A stretch of 64,000 bases of DNA, taken from NCBI RefSeq assembly GCF_044704955.1, contig NC_091987.1, forward strand, positions 68,944,001 through 69,008,000. The letters run 5' to 3'. How positions within the stretch are numbered: position 1 is the stretch's first letter; each line of letters starts with the position of its first letter. The notes beneath the pieces were generated by a model. That model had not been told where the DNA came from. It was given only the letters and a program-made list of their open reading frames with translations, and ran no database searches. Below, piece after piece: positions 59,901-64,000 of the stretch. The translations under genes and the position numbers were made by a program. This DNA comes from Pristiophorus japonicus (Eukaryota).

Positions 59901-61201
59901 CAAGAAATGTTCACATCGCTCGGAAAAAATCCTGCAGCCACACAAATCAGAGACTGAATTCCAACAACTTCATTCTCGGGATCCGCAGAGAGATAGACGT
60001 CAGGTTTCGCTAAATAAACACAAATTAAATCAATCTGAGTTACAGCAAACATTTATAGAGAGCAACTGTGGATTAAACTTGTGCATATTTGACACTAAAT
60101 GGGAAATTGCAGAATCAATTTGATGTGATTTGTATGTTGATACATAATCTAAAGATACATATAATAAAATATAACGTACCCGAACGAAATACGAGCCAGA
60201 ATAATATCCCGTGATTTTACAATAAATTTCGTTTGAGCACAAATTCCCTTTGTTTTTCTTTAGACCAATATTAAGAAAATTTAAATAAATGACAATGCTT
60301 GTTTCACATAATCAGTGTCGCTATTTGCAATTCGCTTGTTATATAAATAATATTCCTGTTACTATAGAATCTTACAGCACAGAAGGAGGCCTGTCTCGGC
60401 TCTGTGACAGAGCTATCCAAAAGTCCCACAACCCTGCTCTTTCCTGCATTTTTTCCTTTTAAAGTATTTATCCAGTATTGGTATCAGCATTCTATAGTTT
60501 CGTCTTTTGGATATTTTTCTTCAAACGAAGGTTTTAAAAATTATATGAAAGTCCTGCTGTTAAAATAATATTGTGGAATTAAAGTTAAACGCTGGTGTAT
60601 TCAGCCCAGTCCCCAGGGCACCGAGCATGTCAGTCCCAGATTAGATCTGTGTATGGAGCTATTTCTGATTCCTTTGCCCTATACATTGAACTATTTCAGT
60701 TTTGGTTAATCTAATTACCTTGGATGTTCAGTTCTGTTCCCTCTCCTATAACCTGTTTCCAGGACTGAGGCTCATCTCTCAGAACCAGGCAGTGGTAAGT
60801 GTCCGAATCGTCCATAATCACTTCCCAAATAACAAGAGAACCCCCCGATACAGATACAGACACACGAGGGCTGTTATTGAGGAAATTCGTAGTTGCGATG
60901 TCTCTGATGTCAGGGTTGTCTCTTGTCCTGTACCAGTAATATCTCACCAACTCCACCAGCTCCTCTCCGGGTAACAGGGTGCAGTTGATCCGAGCAGTCT
61001 GTCCTCTCGGGAGGGACAGAGCTAGAGGAGACTGGATCACTTTCAGACCGACAGCAGGCCCTGGGACATAAAATTACAGGTAGGAACATGGCATTCAAAT
61101 GATCGGAGTAACAACTAGAATAAATCTCATCTGGGGAAAAATGAATACTTACCAAAGACAAGGAGCCACAGTTTGAGAACACTGTGTCTGAATGGGCCCA
61201 T
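56913..61201 (-). CDS. Non-rearranging antigen-receptor-like IgSF gene (L-VJ-C1-TM-cyt, ~270 aa): complement(join(61153-61201,60719-61060,59710-60009,57034-57133,56913-56934))
   Basis: Five exons, all GT-AG, phases 1/1/1/2, 813 nt open including the stop; V-set and C1-set consensus residues, hydrophobic TM, and AATAAA just after the stop. Confidence 0.88.
57034..57133 (-). CDS. Stalk/transmembrane exon DGCFDPVMIRYLTVCVGMSLLLMVVICIRFLSK
   Basis: tacag|AT...AAATG|gtaag; phase 1 matches the C1 exon; ~22-residue hydrophobic run. Confidence 0.82.
59710..60009 (-). CDS. C1-set Ig constant-domain exon
   Basis: tttag|CG...GGAG|gtaag; KPDVYL...LICVAAGFFPSDVNISW...NSDGTYNLSSRLRI...WDPGTAITCQVQH. Confidence 0.93.
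60719..61060 (-). CDS. V-set Ig exon with germline-joined J-like G strand
   Basis: cccag|GG...CAAG|gtaat; VIQSP...ARINC...YYWYR...DDSDTYHC...IGEGTELNIQ. Confidence 0.93.
61153..61201 (-). CDS. Leader exon MGPFRHSVLKLWLLVF(G) of the VJ-C1 gene
   Basis: ATG at 61201-61199, 49 nt, TTTG|gtaagt donor, 92-nt phase-1 intron; leader completed by GPAVG in the next exon. Confidence 0.85.
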
Positions 61202-61224
61202 ATTGCTGAAGAAATCACCGCCTC

Positions 61225-61350
61225 ACCGATTGGTGAGATCTGTTGGCTGTTCGAAAGTTAAGATCGCTGGGAGATTATTGCGGTTGTAGCACACAGTGCG
61301 TCACATCACACTGGCTGCTGGTTGCATACACCTAAGGTGCAGGTGACCTG
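61225..61350 (-). promoter_or_regulatory. Putative proximal promoter of the VJ-C1 gene
   Basis: RUNX-type TGCGGT 61279-61284, CRE-like TGACGCA 61297-61303 (-), E-box CAGGTG 61340-61345; short motifs only. Confidence 0.3.
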
Positions 61351-63859
61351 GGTCCCAGCTAAATATGGGACTCCCACCCTTCACTGCTGAATTAGTTTAC
61401 TTTAAGCATAGCATATTGTGATATAATTTACTTTATTATCAATGCAATGTGTAAACATTCTGGGCCTATTTCTTTATGGATTTTATTACATACTTGTGTT
61501 ATAATGGATGGGGGTACTGTTGGGGTTGGAGCAGCCGCCCCCCCCCCCCCAACCCAAAGCCTCCACGCCCATGTTCTTGATGGCCATGGCCTCAAGAATT
61601 CTTACTCCGGCTCTGTATCCAGTCTCCTTCAGCTCTATTCCCCTCTGTCAGACCAACAGCAGGCATTGTAAAATTTAAATTACGTTATTAAAAGATAAGG
61701 GAAGCTGAAAACTGCGCAGAACTGCAGTAAATAGTTTTTTTTCAAATGAACATGAAAGCTGACCAAAGACCATGAAGTGGAATTGAAGAATCTAGGTCCA
61801 GGCCTCCTCTCCTGACCTAGTTGCTGATCAGAGACAATCAACTTGAAATTGAAGTTTACTGAAGTGGTCAAGTACATCACCTCACAATACTGCAAACTCG
61901 TTCCAAAAGCATGCCGACAAGTTCAGTAATTTAGTTAAATGCAGGAAAAGAATATTTTTATTTTTAGATGAACAGTCATTTGCTCAAGTGGGCAAGAAAG
62001 CCACTTTGATTGTTGTTATTGATGGTCGGGATATAGGCATGACTGGCAAGGCTGGCATTTCTAGTCTGTGGGACAGCTCTCCCAATTTTGGCACAAGTCC
62101 CCAGATGTTTGTGAGGAGGACTTTGCAGGGTCAACTGGGCTGGGTGTGCTTTTGTTGTGTTCAAAACAGATGCCTAAGTCAATGCCAGGTGGTCATTGAG
62201 TTTTTTGTAGCGGTTCAATACAACCGAGTGGCTAGCTAGGCCATTTCAGAGGGCAGTTAAGAGTCAATCACATTGCTGTGTGTCTGGAGTCACACGCAGG
62301 CCAGACTGGGTAAGGAGATCAGGTTTCCTTCTCTGAATGAGATTAGTCACATTTTTTCTTCGTAAAGCAATAATTTTGTTTAATTACCATTTCTGATTGC
62401 AGCATAACCCTTTGAACCAAAGGTTGTGGCATAGTGGTATACAGTCAGGAAGGAGTGACAGGGAGTTGTCAACATTGACTCTGGACTGTAAGCGGGCGGG
62501 GGGGGGGGGTGAATTGGGAGTTTGTGTTCTCTATGAGGGGGTCGGGTTCCCTTTTGACCAACTTGAGCGGTTCGAATCACTACCACTCCCTTGGGTTCTG
62601 TACTCTGGATTTATTTGGGGGGTGTGACAAAAGTGCAGAGGACACTGGTTTGATGCAAAGAGCTATGGTTTTATTGCAGTGAAGGTAACACAGACTTATT
62701 ACTCTAGTAAGAAAATACACGGCCAAACTTACAATCACTCTAATAAAGGACAGTACAAGGAAAGGTACAAGGTCAAACTTAAAATCACAAATCACTCGAA
62801 TAAAGAACCATGCACTACACATTCAAAGGGGGTTGCAGTAAAATTATACATCCCACCTACCAACACCTAATTTTAGCTAGGCTAGATTCCAGGGCAGGCA
62901 GGGGACTTATGCTTACCAATCCTTTTGATAGTTAATGGTAGATCATGATGTTCTTCCTTCCTTCAGGACTTCAAGACTTCGAGGCTGGAGAAGTTAGTTT
63001 ATAACTGTCATGTTGGTTTCTCTCCTTGTCTTGATGAGGTAGTGGCAGCCTTGTAGCTACCTAGCAACCACCTCTCTCCCTAACTCCTGTTGAAAACAGT
63101 GGCCAGTTATACGATTTCAGTGTTCTAATCTGAGCGCCAAATCTCTTCAAAATCCTTTGTATAATTTTGGTGGGCTTGGTTCTTTGTAATATTTTGTCGG
63201 GCTCGTTAAAAGTTGATATGTCTTGGGTGGATTGATGTTCGAAAACTGTTTCTTGATGGAAATATTAGTTTGGTAATTGCAATGTCCTTTTGTGCTTGGT
63301 CTTTTGCATACAGGCTGGATTGGGCCTCTGCGTGATGTATATGCTGAAATGGTTGTCCAGACCCATGTTGATGGGGAGCTACCTCTGGGTGATTTTCTGA
63401 TGTTAATGTCTCTTGTGGAGAAGGATTTTCAAATACTCAATCTTCTAGACAGGTTAACTCAGTTCTCACACCCAGGTAGCTTTACTTAATTAGACTGTCT
63501 CTTGCTAGCTCCGTAGGTCCGCCCACAGCCTTGAGTTTGTCTTTTAAAATCCAAAATTCTATTAAAGTTTGTAGTTTCTTCCATAAGCACTTTAGAGTTC
63601 CAAATTTTTCGGTAGATAGTTCCAAATTAAATTTCCTTTCAAATGAACCCAAACACTGGGGGGTGGGGGGTTTCTTGTGAATTTTGCATTCCTTCAGCAC
63701 CCCATGAAGTTTCATGGCATCAGGTCGAATATGGGCAAGGAAACCTCCTGCTGATTACCACCTCCCACCCTGACTGAGCTGATGATAAGGTACTCCTCCA
63801 TGTTAAACACCACTTTGCAGAAGCACTGAGGCAAGGGCACAAAATATACTTGTCCATTG

Positions 63860-63960
63860 ACTCCATGTGTCCATAAATTTTAGAAATTGGAACTACTGGA
63901 TGTCCTAAACATTTATGTCATACATAATATGATATTAGCATGTAACTACAACGGCTTACA
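63860..63960 (+). repeat. Diverged direct copy of TTF2 3'UTR sequence (~53016-53125)
   Basis: 23-nt exact match GGATGTCCTAAACATTTATGTCA (53063-53085 = 63898-63920) with colinear similarity on both sides. Confidence 0.8.
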
Positions 63961-64000
63961 TGGGCAACTTTAATCTACATATAGATTGGGCTAACCAAAC

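Noticed and set aside
59710-61060. Calling the Ig gene CD101, VTCN1, CD2, tapasin or a conventional TCR/IgL locus
   Set aside because: The single VJ + single C1 + Arg-TM + short tail layout does not fit those genes, and no separate RSS-flanked V/J segments are present in the window; no symbol assigned.
61180-61298. CACAGTG heptamers (61186-61180 on -, 61292-61298 on +) as recombination signal sequences
   Set aside because: No ACAAAAACC-like nonamer at 12 or 23 nt spacing, and they lie in the leader/promoter rather than 3' of V.
62347-63700. Possible LTR or DNA-element insertion upstream of the Ig gene
   Set aside because: TGTGAC/GTCACA motifs and a poly(A)-like signal are present, but termini, TSD and coding motifs could not be established.

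Overview
Vertebrate genomic DNA, very probably from a cartilaginous fish (shark-type CR1/HER1 LINEs, RTE, Penelope and Harbinger repeats; inferred from sequence style, no database search). Two host genes are convergent. (1) The last 14 coding exons of TTF2 (SNF2-family transcription termination factor 2) lie on + at 7074-52952. All junctions are GT-AG and phase-consistent, and the introns are packed with nested transposons. (2) A compact 5-exon gene on - (61201->56913) encodes a ~270-aa membrane protein: leader, a V domain with a germline-joined J-like strand, a C1-set domain, a Cys-containing stalk, an Arg-bearing TM and a short tail. This is a non-rearranging antigen-receptor-like (VJ-C1) molecule and the most interesting feature of the window. 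Also notable: an apparently intact full-length CR1 LINE (18225-22856) whose ORF1 ends on a canonical U_UUA_AAC -1 slippery heptamer leading into the ORF2 frame, and whose 5' end is an array of 83-bp TATA-bearing monomers; a fossil Harbinger transposase split by LINEs plus related MITEs; and a diverged copy of the TTF2 3'UTR at the window end, suggesting local duplication. Repeat boundaries are approximate and family names come from motif recognition only.
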